Positions 1 to 8,708 of a stretch of 64,000 bases of DNA are shown here, one piece after another. Each line of letters begins with the position of its first letter. The stretch's first letter is position 1. Origin of the DNA: an uncultured Acetobacteraceae bacterium (lineage in GTDB: Bacteria > Pseudomonadota > Alphaproteobacteria > Acetobacterales > Acetobacteraceae); contig CAXTVM010000002.1 in NCBI GenBank assembly GCA_964247725.1, positions 30,876 through 94,875 on the forward strand. The letters are read 5' to 3'. The position numbers and the translations under genes were made by a program. A model generated the notes under the pieces. It had not been told where the DNA came from, did no database searches, and was given only the letters and a program-made list of their open reading frames with translations.

Positions 1-1238
1 CGGATCAGCACATGCTGCTTGCGCCCGGCCGAGAGCTTGATCGCGCCCTCGACCAGGTCGGCGCCGGTCACCAGCCGGCTCTCGTCCGACACCGGCCGGT
101 CGTTGATCCGGGCACCGCCGCCGCGCACCAGCCGGCGCGCCTCGCCGTTGCTGGCCGCGAGCCCGCTCTCCGCCAGCAGTCGAAAGATCGGGATGCCGCA
201 CGCGAGATCGGCGGCCGGGACGTCGCGCGACGGCAGTGCCGCCTGCACCAGCTCGCCCTCCTCATAGCTGCGGCGTGCGCTCTCGGCGGCGGCCTCTGCC
301 GCGGCGCGGCCGTGGCAGAGCGCGGTCGCCTCGGTGGCCAGCACCTTCTTCGCCTCGTTGATCTTGGCACCCGTCAGTGCTGCCAGCCGGTCGCACTCGG
401 GTAGGGGCAGGTCGGTGAACAGGCGCAGGAATCGGCCGACGTCGGCATCCTCGGTGTTGCGCCAGAACTGCCAGTAGTCGAACGGCGACACCCGGTCCGC
501 CGACAGCCAGACCGCGCCCGCGGCGGTCTTGCCCATCTTGGCGCCGGACGCGGTGGCGATCAGCGGCGTGGTCAGGCCGTAGACCTGCCGCCGGTCGGTG
601 CGGCGCACCAGGTCCACGCCGGAGACGATGTTGCCCCATTGGTCGGAGCCACCCATCTGCAGCGAGACGCCGTGGCGCCGTCCCAGCTCGCGGAAGTCGT
701 AGCTCTGCAAGATCGAGTAGTTGAACTCGAGGAAGCTGAGGCCCTGCTCGCGCTCCAGGCGCAGCCGCACGCTGTCGAACGACAGCATCCGGCTCACCGG
801 CACGTGGGGACCCACCTCGCGCAGCAGCTCGATGTAGCCGAGGCGGTCGAGCCAGTCGGCGTTGTCGGCGATGATCGTCCCGGTCGGGCCGTCGTCCGCG
901 CGCACGAAGCGTCGCACGATCCCCAGGATGGCCTCGCCGTTGGCGGCGATCCGTTCCGGGGTCAGCAGCTGCCGCGCCTCCTCCTTGCCGGACGGGTCGC
1001 CAATCTTGGTGGTGCCGCCACCGAGCAGCAGCACCGGACGATGGCCGTGGCGCTGCAGCAGGCGCAGCAGCATGATCTGCACCATGGAGCCGACATGCAG
1101 GCAGTCGGCGGTGAGGTCGAAGCCGATATAGCCTGAGATCGGCCCCGCTTGCAGCGCGGCGTCGAGGCCGTCGCGGTCGGTGCACTGGTGGACGAAGCCG
1201 CGTGCTTCGGCCTCCATGAGAAAGTCGCTACGGGGCAT
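1..1238 (-). CDS. tyrS: Tyrosyl-tRNA synthetase (3' end runs off the window)
   Basis: Manual translation from ATG at 1238: MPRSDFLMEAEARGFVHQCTD...AYIGFDLTADCLHVGS (HIGH-like), LQMGGSDQWGNI, KMGKT (KMSKS-like). Not in the ORF track because the stop lies outside the window. Confidence 0.95.
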   Translation of the reverse strand, partial: MPRSDFLMEAEARGFVHQCTDRDGLDAALQAGPISGYIGFDLTADCLHVGSMVQIMLLRLLQRHGHRPVLLLGGGTTKIGDPSGKEEARQLLTPERIAANGEAILGIVRRFVRADDGPTGTIIADNADWLDRLGYIELLREVGPHVPVSRMLSFDSVRLRLEREQGLSFLEFNYSILQSYDFRELGRRHGVSLQMGGSDQWGNIVSGVDLVRRTDRRQVYGLTTPLIATASGAKMGKTAAGAVWLSADRVSPFDYWQFWRNTEDADVGRFLRLFTDLPLPECDRLAALTGAKINEAKKVLATEATALCHGRAAAEAAAESARRSYEEGELVQAALPSRDVPAADLACGIPIFRLLAESGLAASNGEARRLVRGGGARINDRPVSDESRLVTGADLVEGAIKLSAGRKQHVLI

Positions 1239-1252
1239 GAGCTACGGCCTTC

Positions 1253-1373
1253 AAGGCCAGGGCTCTGCCCTGGACCGCGCCCGAGGGCCCACGGCCCTCG
1301 GAACCCGACTCTTAAGGATTGGTTTCCAAAGGCTCCGCCTCTGACGGGGTCCAGGTGCAGAGCCCTTGGCCTT
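1253..1373. repeat. Palindromic miniature repeat, copy A
   Basis: Terminal inverted repeats AAGGCCAGGGCTCTGCCCTGGACC...GGGGTCCAGGTGCAGAGCCCTTGGCCTT; internal GGTTTCCAAAGG motif and CGAGGGCC/GGCCCTCG hairpin. Confidence 0.9.
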
Positions 1374-1376
1374 CCT

Positions 1377-2042
1377 TCAATCGGCAGCGAGCGCCATCGT
1401 CTTGCGGGCGACGATCTTGCCGACATAGTCCTCGACGGCGTCCGATACCGGCTCGGCGTGGTTGGCGAACACGTGGTCGGCGCCCGAGAAGATGCGATAG
1501 TCGACGGTTACGCCCTTCTGGGTGTTCAGCTTGTCGACCAGCTTGCGCACCGCAGGCTCCGGGACGAGTTCGTCGGCATCGCCGTGCAGCAACAGACCGC
1601 CGCAGGGGCAGGGGGCCAAGAAGCCGAAATCGTAGTGGTTGGCGGGCGGCGCCACGCTGATCCAGCCGGAGATCTCCGGGCGGCGCATCAGCAGCTGCAT
1701 GCCGACGAAGGCGCCGAACGAGTAGCCGGCGATCCACAGCCCGCCGGAGTTCGGGTTGACCATCTGCATCCAGTCGAGGGCGGCGGCGGCGTCCGAGATC
1801 TCGCCGATGCCGCCGTCATAGCGGCCCTGGCTGCGGCCGACGCCACGGAAGTTGAAGCGCATGACCGAGAAGCCGAGCCGCTCGAAGCTGCGGTACATCG
1901 TGTAGGTGATGCGGTTGTTCATGGTGCCGCCGTGCATCGGATGCGGCTGCAGGATCAGGGCGAGCGGTGCATTGCTCTCTCCGGAGTGGTGGTAGCGTCC
2001 CTCGAGCCGGCCGTCGGGGCCGGCGAACATCACCTCAGGCAT
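1377..2042 (-). CDS. Alpha/beta hydrolase of the family usually adjacent to alphaproteobacterial isc/nifS genes
   Basis: HPHPxxGGTMNN-like (QPHPMHGGTMNN), FNFRGVGRSQG, nucleophile GYSFG; divergent from the cysteine desulfurases. Confidence 0.88.
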   Translation of the reverse strand: MPEVMFAGPDGRLEGRYHHSGESNAPLALILQPHPMHGGTMNNRITYTMYRSFERLGFSVMRFNFRGVGRSQGRYDGGIGEISDAAAALDWMQMVNPNSGGLWIAGYSFGAFVGMQLLMRRPEISGWISVAPPANHYDFGFLAPCPCGGLLLHGDADELVPEPAVRKLVDKLNTQKGVTVDYRIFSGADHVFANHAEPVSDAVEDYVGKIVARKTMALAAD

Positions 2043-2312
2043 AATGTCCCGCGATTCTCATGGGCTGTCTCCGGTGGCATGGATCCCAGCGTGTTACGAC
2101 GCAATCATACCCGGCGATGCCCCGCCTGGTCTGGTTCTCATCAGGTGGCGCGCGGACCAGATCCGTGGTCCTGACCATACGATGGCACGGCACGTGAAAC
2201 CGGACGCCACGAACCTGCCATATGGCCCGATATCCGAGCCGCATGAAAGTGCCGGCAGGTCACGCGTGCGTCCGGCGCGTGGCTGCCACCGCCAAGGCCG
2301 GGGGCGGTGTGA

Positions 2313-2340
2313 TTGACTTCGGGGGCGCCCTGCACATTCT
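2313..2340 (+). promoter_or_regulatory. Candidate sigma70 promoter for the desulfurase operon
   Basis: TTGACT-N16-CATTCT about 140 nt upstream of the ORF at 2482. Confidence 0.35.
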
Positions 2341-2481
2341 CAGTCTCCGATCCGGCCGCGACGCCGGGCGACCAGCGCCTATACCTCTATAACGAGACGG
2401 TTCCAGCGTTTACAATGGAATACCGCTTCAGGACGACACGGTATCCCATGTCTTGCTACACGGAACCGTGAGGATCACGGC

Positions 2482-3654
2482 ATGACCGACCAAGTGGCCA
2501 TCGCCCAATGGTCGCCGCCCCCAAGGGCTGGCGTGACGACGTCCCGCGCCTATCTCGATGCCAATGCCAGCGAGCCGCTGCGTCCCTCGGCGCGCGATGC
2601 GGCCAGGGACGCGTTCGAGCAGCCCGGCAACCCGGCCTCGGTGCACGCGCACGGCCGGCAGGCGCGCCGGTTGCTGGAGGAGGCGCGCGAGCGGATCGCG
2701 CGCTGCTTCGGCGCCGATCCGGCCGGGCTGGTGTTCACCTCCGGCGGCACAGAGAGCGACGCGCTGGCGATCCAGGCGCTCGGCGAGGGCCGCCGGCTGC
2801 TGGTTGGCGCCACCGAGCACGACGCGGTTCGGGCGGCGGCGTCGGGTGCTGCAATGCTGCCGGTGCTGGCCGACGGTACGCTCGACCTCGACGCGCTGGA
2901 GTCGCGGCTGGCGGCGCCGGGTGGTCCTGCCCTGGTGTGCCTGATGCATGCCAACAACGAGACCGGGGTGCTGCATCCGATCGAGGCCGCCGCCGCCCTG
3001 TGCCGACGCCACGGCGCGCTGCTGCACGTCGATGCTGTGCAATCGGCAGGCCGGCTGGCCTGGTCGCTGGCGGAGCTCGGCGCCGACAGCGTAGCTCTAT
3101 CCGGCCATAAGCTGGGCGGGCCACAGGGCGCCGGCGCCCTGCTGCTCGGGCCTGCGGTTGACGGGTTCCGGCTGCGGCCGGTGGTCGAGGGCGGGGGCCA
3201 GGAGCGCGGCCGGCGCGGTGGCACCCCGTCGCTGCCGGCGATTGCCGGGTTCGCCGCGGCCTGCGAGGCGGCGCGGCGGGAACCGGAGCGGCAGCCGGCA
3301 CTGGCGGCGCTGCGCGACCGCATCGAGCGCCGGGCGGTGGCATTGGGTGCCATCGCCTGCGGTGCCACGGCGCCGCGGCTTGCCAACACCACCTGCCTGG
3401 CGCTGCCCGGCCGCCGCGCCGAGAGCCAGCTGATCGCGCTCGACCTGGCCGGGATGTCGGTCTCGGCCGGGGCCGCCTGCTCGTCCGGCAAGGTGGCGCG
3501 CTCGCACGTGCTGGACGCGATGGGGCTGTCGGCGCTGGCCGGCTCGGCGATCCGGGTCTCGCTGCCCTGGAGCGTGCGCGACGAGGAGGTCGACCGCTTC
3601 CTGGACGCCTATGCGGCGCTGGCCGGGGGCATCGCGGCCGGGCGGGCGGCGTGA
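2482..3654 (+). CDS. Cysteine desulfurase (NifS/IscS-like), copy 1; true start may be the GTG near 2533
   Basis: YLDANAS, GNPAS, FTSGGTESD, ANNETG, PLP-Lys motif SGHKLGGP, catalytic Cys in SAGAACSSG. Confidence 0.92.
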   Translation: MTDQVAIAQWSPPPRAGVTTSRAYLDANASEPLRPSARDAARDAFEQPGNPASVHAHGRQARRLLEEARERIARCFGADPAGLVFTSGGTESDALAIQALGEGRRLLVGATEHDAVRAAASGAAMLPVLADGTLDLDALESRLAAPGGPALVCLMHANNETGVLHPIEAAAALCRRHGALLHVDAVQSAGRLAWSLAELGADSVALSGHKLGGPQGAGALLLGPAVDGFRLRPVVEGGGQERGRRGGTPSLPAIAGFAAACEAARREPERQPALAALRDRIERRAVALGAIACGATAPRLANTTCLALPGRRAESQLIALDLAGMSVSAGAACSSGKVARSHVLDAMGLSALAGSAIRVSLPWSVRDEEVDRFLDAYAALAGGIAAGRAA

Positions 3655-4832
3655 TCTACCTAGACAACCAGGCGACCACGCCTTGCGATCCGCGCGTGGT
3701 CGCCGCCATGCTGCCCTGGTTCGCCGAGGAGTTCGGCAACCCCCATAGCGCCGAGCACGCGATGGGACGCCGCGCGGCCGAGGCGGTCGAGGGCGCGCGC
3801 GGGCACCTGGCCACGCTGCTGGGGGTCGAGCCGCGCGAGCTGGTGTTCACGTCGGGCGCCACCGAGAGCAACAACCTGGCGATCCAGGGTGCGGCGCGCC
3901 AGGCACTTCGGACCGGCGACCCGCGACGGCGGCTGGTCACCGTGGCGACCGAGCACCCGTGCGTGCTGGAAACCGTGCGCGACCTGGCGGCGGACGGCTT
4001 CGAGCCGGTGGTGCTGCTGGTGGGGCGCGATGGCCGGCTCGATCCGGAGCGGTTGCATGATGCGCTGGCCGTGCCGACCCTGCTGGTCAGCATCATGGCG
4101 GTGAACAACGAGACCGGGCTGATCCAGGACCTGCCGCGACTGGCGCCGATCGTGCGTGCGGCGGGCGCGTTGCTGCACAGCGACCTGGCGCAGGCGGTGG
4201 GCAAGGTGCCGCTCGACCTGCGGGCGCTGGAACTCGACCTCGCCTCGGTCAGCGGCCACAAATTCTATGGGCCCAAGGGGGTCGGTGCGCTGTTCGTGCG
4301 CCGGCGGCCGCGGGTGCGGCTGCGGCCGCTGTTCTCCGGTGGCGGCCAGGAGCGCGGACTGCGCGCGGGCACGCTGCCGACGCCGCTGATCGTCGGCCTC
4401 GGCGAGGCGGCGCGGCTGGCCGGGCTGGAACGGGAGGACGAGGCGGCGCGCCTGCTGGCGTTGCGCGACCGGCTGCTGCACCGGCTGTGGACGCTGGTCC
4501 CGGGGCTGGAGCTCAACGGCGATCTCGACGATCGCATCCCGGGCAATCTCAACCTGCGCTTTCCCGGGCGCCGGGCGCTGGACGTGATCGCGGCAGCGCC
4601 GGAGCTGTGCCTATCGACCGGCTCGGCTTGCTCGGCGGCCGACCTGGCGCCGTCGCACGTGCTGTCGGCGATGGGGCTGGCGCCGGAGCAGGTGGCCCGC
4701 AGCTTGCGCCTGGCCCTCGGACGCTTTACCTCCGCCGCCGAGGTGGAAGCGGCGGCATTGTCTCTTGCGCGCGCAGGAAGGCCAGAGGCTCTGCCCCTGG
4801 ACCCCGCCAAAGGCGAGCCTTTGGAAACCTAA
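3651..4832 (+). CDS. iscS: Cysteine desulfurase IscS-like, copy 2
   Basis: IYLDNQATTP, FTSGATESNN, VNNETG, SGHKFYGPKG, STGSACS; GTGA overlap with the upstream gene. Confidence 0.9.
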   Translation: MIYLDNQATTPCDPRVVAAMLPWFAEEFGNPHSAEHAMGRRAAEAVEGARGHLATLLGVEPRELVFTSGATESNNLAIQGAARQALRTGDPRRRLVTVATEHPCVLETVRDLAADGFEPVVLLVGRDGRLDPERLHDALAVPTLLVSIMAVNNETGLIQDLPRLAPIVRAAGALLHSDLAQAVGKVPLDLRALELDLASVSGHKFYGPKGVGALFVRRRPRVRLRPLFSGGGQERGLRAGTLPTPLIVGLGEAARLAGLEREDEAARLLALRDRLLHRLWTLVPGLELNGDLDDRIPGNLNLRFPGRRALDVIAAAPELCLSTGSACSAADLAPSHVLSAMGLAPEQVARSLRLALGRFTSAAEVEAAALSLARAGRPEALPLDPAKGEPLET

Positions 4833-4896
4833 CTTCAAGGAATCGGGTCCTAGGGCCGCCCGCCCTAGCGGGGTCCAGGGGCAACGCCCCCGACTT
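4778..4896. repeat. Palindromic miniature repeat, copy B (overlaps the 3' end of the second desulfurase)
   Basis: AAGGCCAGAGGCTCTGCCCCTGGACCCCGCCAAAGGCGAGCCTTTGGAAACC...CTAGGG/CCCTAG...GGGGTCCAGGGGCAACGCCCC. Confidence 0.9.
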
Positions 4897-4916
4897 TCAC
4901 GGAGAACGAACCGACG

Positions 4917-5231
4917 ATGCCGACCATGACCTTCATCGAGCGCGACGGCCGCAAGCGGCGCATCGAGGCGCCGGACGGGCTGTCGGTGCTGGAGATCGCG
5001 CATCGCCACGGCATCGACCTCGAGGGGGCGTGCGAGGGCTCGCTCGCCTGCGCCACCTGCCACGTCGTGGTCGATCCGGCCTGGGCCTCGAGGCTGCCGT
5101 CGCCTACCGAGGACGAGGAGGACATGCTCGACCTCGCCTTCGGGCTGCAGAAGACCTCGCGGCTCGGCTGCCAGATCGTCGTCGGCGCGGCGCTCGACGG
5201 GCTGGTCGTGCGCCTGCCCAAGACCGGCTGA
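4917..5231 (+). CDS. fdx: [2Fe-2S] ferredoxin, adrenodoxin/ISC type
   Basis: [14 protein letters not shown]...SRLGCQI cysteine pattern. Confidence 0.95.
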   Translation: MPTMTFIERDGRKRRIEAPDGLSVLEIAHRHGIDLEGACEGSLACATCHVVVDPAWASRLPSPTEDEEDMLDLAFGLQKTSRLGCQIVVGAALDGLVVRLPKTG

Positions 5232-5234
5232 GCG

Positions 5235-6287
5235 ATGCGCATCCTTGCCGCGATGTCGGGCGGCGTCGACAGCAGCGTCACGGCCGGGTTGCTGGTGGAG
5301 CAGGGCCACGAGGTGCTCGGCGCCACGTTGCAGCTCTACGACCACGGCGCCGCGGCGAAGCGCCGAGGCGCCTGCTGCGCCGGCGACGACATCCACGACG
5401 CGCGGCGGGTGGCGGACCGGCTCGGCATCCCGCACTACGTGATCGACGCCGAGCGCCGCTTCCATGACGGCGTGATCCAGCCATTTGCCGATGCCTACGC
5501 GGCCGGCGAGACCCCGGTGCCATGCATCGCCTGCAACCAGGGCGTCAAGTTTACCGACCTGCTCGGGCTGGCGCGCGAGCTCGGCTGCGGCGCGATGGCG
5601 ACCGGGCACTACGTCCGCCGCGTCGAGGGCGCCGGCGGCCCGGAGCTGCATCGCCCGGCCGATGCCGGCCGCGACCAGAGCTGGTTCCTGTTCGGCACCA
5701 CCCGCGATCAGCTCGACTACCTGCGCTTTCCGCTCGGCGACATGCCGGACAAGCAGCACGTGCGTGACGAGGCCGACCGGCTGGGCCTGGCGGTGGCGCA
5801 CAAGCCGGACAGCCAGGACATCTGCTTCGTGCCCGAGGGCTCCTATGCCGAGCTGGTCACGCGGCTGCGCCCGGCGACGGCCGAGCCGGGCGAGATCGTC
5901 GACGCGGCCGGCGTCGTGCGCGGCCGGCATCGCGGGCTCGCGCACTACACGGTCGGGCAGTCGCGGCGGCTCGGCGACGCCGCCCGGCTCGGCGGGCTGC
6001 GGCAGCGGGTGGTGGCGCTCGATCCGGCGACGCGGCGCGTGGTGATCGGGCCGCGCGACGCCTCCGGCTGCGAGGTGGTGGCGTTGCGCGACGTGAATTG
6101 GCTGATCGAGCCGCCGGTGGCGCCGCTGCCGTGCCAGGTGCAGCTCCGCGCCCGCGAGGCGCCACGGCGCGCCGTGGTCGAGGGCGACCGGGTGCGGCTG
6201 GAGGAGCCGGCGCTGCCGGCACCGGGCCAGGCCTGCGTAGTTTACGACGGCAGCCGCATCCTGGGCGGCGGGTTCATCCGCCGCTGA
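5235..6287 (+). CDS. mnmA: tRNA 2-thiouridine synthase MnmA
   Basis: AMSGGVDSS, PCIACN, ATGHY, RDQSWFL, KPDSQDICF, PGQACVVY. Confidence 0.96.
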   Translation: MRILAAMSGGVDSSVTAGLLVEQGHEVLGATLQLYDHGAAAKRRGACCAGDDIHDARRVADRLGIPHYVIDAERRFHDGVIQPFADAYAAGETPVPCIACNQGVKFTDLLGLARELGCGAMATGHYVRRVEGAGGPELHRPADAGRDQSWFLFGTTRDQLDYLRFPLGDMPDKQHVRDEADRLGLAVAHKPDSQDICFVPEGSYAELVTRLRPATAEPGEIVDAAGVVRGRHRGLAHYTVGQSRRLGDAARLGGLRQRVVALDPATRRVVIGPRDASGCEVVALRDVNWLIEPPVAPLPCQVQLRAREAPRRAVVEGDRVRLEEPALPAPGQACVVYDGSRILGGGFIRR

Positions 6288-6859
6288 TGTCTGGCTGCCT
6301 CGGGATCCAGCTCCCGGCCGGGAACGGCATTGACCCAGCGCTCTGGCTTGCGGCGGGGTGGTCGGTACTCGAGCTCCTGAAAGGGGCGACCTGTCGTTTC
6401 ATCGGCAGATCGTTCGACTACGCTGTCGATGGAGAAGCCCGCCAGGTCGGTGGCCTGGTGAGGCGTTTGTTACCGTCGGTCATGCGGATGGCGGTAGCTA
6501 TCAGGCCGCAGCCAAGGGAGCGATCGTCACCATTGCGGCTGGTCGTCTGGTCGCTGCTCTGCTGGATCGGCGAGGTGCTGGCACTCCTCGTCATGGCGGC
6601 GGTCTCGGCGCACGGACCATCGGCATTCGGGATGATCTTCGCCCTTCTGGCGCTCATGCCGCTGGCCATGGCGATCGTGCCCCGGCTCGTCCGCCACTTG
6701 CCCGGTGGTGCAGCATGGCCTGGCAGTTTTCTCGATGTCATCGCGCTGAGCCAGTTCTCTGCGATTCTATCCTGGCTGTATCTGATGCTGCTGATCCGCC
6801 TCGTGATTCCCATCGGGATGGTGCTCGATCGACTGACCGTCTCGCTGCGGCCGATCTGA
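6287..6859 (+). CDS. Hypothetical membrane protein
   Basis: ATG overlaps the mnmA stop (TGATG); several long hydrophobic segments; no family recognised. Confidence 0.45.
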   Translation: MSGCLGIQLPAGNGIDPALWLAAGWSVLELLKGATCRFIGRSFDYAVDGEARQVGGLVRRLLPSVMRMAVAIRPQPRERSSPLRLVVWSLLCWIGEVLALLVMAAVSAHGPSAFGMIFALLALMPLAMAIVPRLVRHLPGGAAWPGSFLDVIALSQFSAILSWLYLMLLIRLVIPIGMVLDRLTVSLRPI

Positions 6860-6927
6860 CCATCCGGCGTTTGCCGACCATCGGTGGGCGCTCTAGTGAG
6901 AACGCCGGTCCATACCGGAGCAATCAG

Positions 6928-7590
6928 ATGCCCACGGGTACCCTCTTGATCGGCACCAGACGCTACTCGTCCTGGTCGTTGCGCGGCTGGCTGATGGTCC
7001 GGCTGGCGGGGCTGGAGGTCGAGGAGCGGGTGGTGGCGCTGTCGGACGGCCCGACTACGGAGATCGTCCGGCTGTCGCCGAGCGGACTGGTGCCGTATCT
7101 CGAGCATGACGGCAACCAGATCTGGGACAGCCTGGCGATCGGCGAGTACTGCGCCGAGCTGGCCCCCAGGCTGTGGCCGGCGTCGCGTCCGGCGCGCACG
7201 CGGGCGCGGGTGCTGTCGGCCGAGATGCATGCGGGCTTCCGGGCGCTGCGCATGGCGATGCCGATGAACCTCGGACGCCACCGGGCGCTGGGGCAGGGCA
7301 TCGATGGCGCGGTACAGGCCGACATCGACCGGATCGAGCGGATCTGGACCGAGGCGGGGGATGGATACGGCGTCGGCGGCGCATACCTGTTCGGGGCGGA
7401 CTTCACCATCGCCGACGCGATGTTCGCGCCGGTGGTGGCGCGGCTGCTGTGCTATCGGGTCCGGCTGGGGCCGGTCGCGGCGGCCTACCGCGACGCCGTG
7501 TGGGCGCATCCGCTGCTGGAGCGATGGGTCGCCGACGCGGCGGCGGAACCGGCGGCGTGGCGGCTCCCCCGCTACGAGGACATCCCCTGA
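6928..7590 (+). CDS. Glutathione S-transferase family protein
   Basis: LLIGTRRYSSWSLRGW, SPSGLVPYL, IWDSLAIGEY, LFGADFTIADAMFAPV. Confidence 0.93.
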   Translation: MPTGTLLIGTRRYSSWSLRGWLMVRLAGLEVEERVVALSDGPTTEIVRLSPSGLVPYLEHDGNQIWDSLAIGEYCAELAPRLWPASRPARTRARVLSAEMHAGFRALRMAMPMNLGRHRALGQGIDGAVQADIDRIERIWTEAGDGYGVGGAYLFGADFTIADAMFAPVVARLLCYRVRLGPVAAAYRDAVWAHPLLERWVADAAAEPAAWRLPRYEDIP

Positions 7591-8708
7591 TCCTGCCCGA
7601 CCCGGCGCCGGTCGCGATCGTGCTGCCGCCGCGCGAGGGATTCTCGGCCGACGCAGTCGGCGCGGTCGGCCTGCTGGTGCGGCGGCTGGCGCGGCCGGAC
7701 GAGCTGGTGATCGGCCGCCGGATCGCGGAGGCGCCGTTCGACGACCAACGCTACCTGCCGGTGCCGCCGGGCGGATGGCGGCCGGGCCGCGCGGCCAGCC
7801 GCTACGCCGCCGGGGTGGCGGCTCTCCTGCGCCGGCAGCCGGTCCGGCTGATCGAGGTGCACAACCGGCCGGACGTGGCCGCCGCGCTGGCCCGGCGATT
7901 CCCGCACACGCCGATGCTGCTGGTGCTGCACAACGATCCGCGCACCATGCGCCTCGCGCGCACGCCGCGCTCGCGGGAGGCGCTGGCGCGGGCGATGGGG
8001 ATCGCCACCGTGTCGGCCGACCTGCGCGAGCGGTACCTGGCCGGCACCGCCGGCCTTGACGTGGCGGTGCTGCCGAACTGCCTGGACCTGGCAGCGCTGC
8101 CGCCGGCGTGCCCGGCCGCCGAGCGGGAGCCGACGATCCTGTTCGCCGGCCGGCTGGTGGCGGACAAGGGCGCCGACAGCTTCGTCGCCGCCTGCGCGCT
8201 GGCGCTGCCGGCGCTGTCGGGATGGCGCGCGCTGATGATCGGCGCCGACCGGTTCCGCCCCGGCATCGACGAGACGCCGTTCCTGGCGGCGCTGCGTCCG
8301 ACGGCGGCCCGCGCCGGGGTCGAGCTTGCCGGCTACCGGCCGCACGCCGCGGTGCTGGCGGCGATGGCGCGGGCTGCGATCGTCGTGGTGCCGAGCCGGT
8401 GGCCGGAGCCGTTCGGGCTTACCGCCCTGGAGGCGATGGCGAGCGGCGCCGCCCTGGTCTGCTCCGGCCGCGGCGGCCTCGGCGCGCTGGTGCGGGAGGC
8501 GGCGGCGATCGTGGATCCGGACCGTCCCGCGGAGATCGCGGCCACGCTGCGCCGCCTGGCCGCGGACCCGCTGGAGCGGACACGGCTCAGCGCTGCCGGC
8601 AGGATGCGAGCGGCAACCTACGACCTGCCAGCGGCGCGCGCCCGGCTGGACGCGTTGCGGGACCGCTTGATCCGCCAGACCGCGGTTTCGCCGCGGTCCC
8701 GGGGATGA
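7587..8708 (+). CDS. Glycosyltransferase family 4 (GT-B); start uncertain, probably CTG at 7587
   Basis: ILFAGRLVADKG, VVPSRWPEPFGLTALEAMASG. Confidence 0.88.
   Translation: MILPDPAPVAIVLPPREGFSADAVGAVGLLVRRLARPDELVIGRRIAEAPFDDQRYLPVPPGGWRPGRAASRYAAGVAALLRRQPVRLIEVHNRPDVAAALARRFPHTPMLLVLHNDPRTMRLARTPRSREALARAMGIATVSADLRERYLAGTAGLDVAVLPNCLDLAALPPACPAAEREPTILFAGRLVADKGADSFVAACALALPALSGWRALMIGADRFRPGIDETPFLAALRPTAARAGVELAGYRPHAAVLAAMARAAIVVVPSRWPEPFGLTALEAMASGAALVCSGRGGLGALVREAAAIVDPDRPAEIAATLRRLAADPLERTRLSAAGRMRAATYDLPAARARLDALRDRLIRQTAVSPRSRG

Noticed and set aside
2183-2200. Sigma54 promoter (TGGCAC...)
   Set aside because: The -12 TTGC element is absent at the required spacing.
2043-2481. 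Small RNA or iscR gene in the long intergenic region
   Set aside because: No Rrf2-like ORF; only a weak TTCCA/TGGAA hairpin, insufficient to call an RNA.
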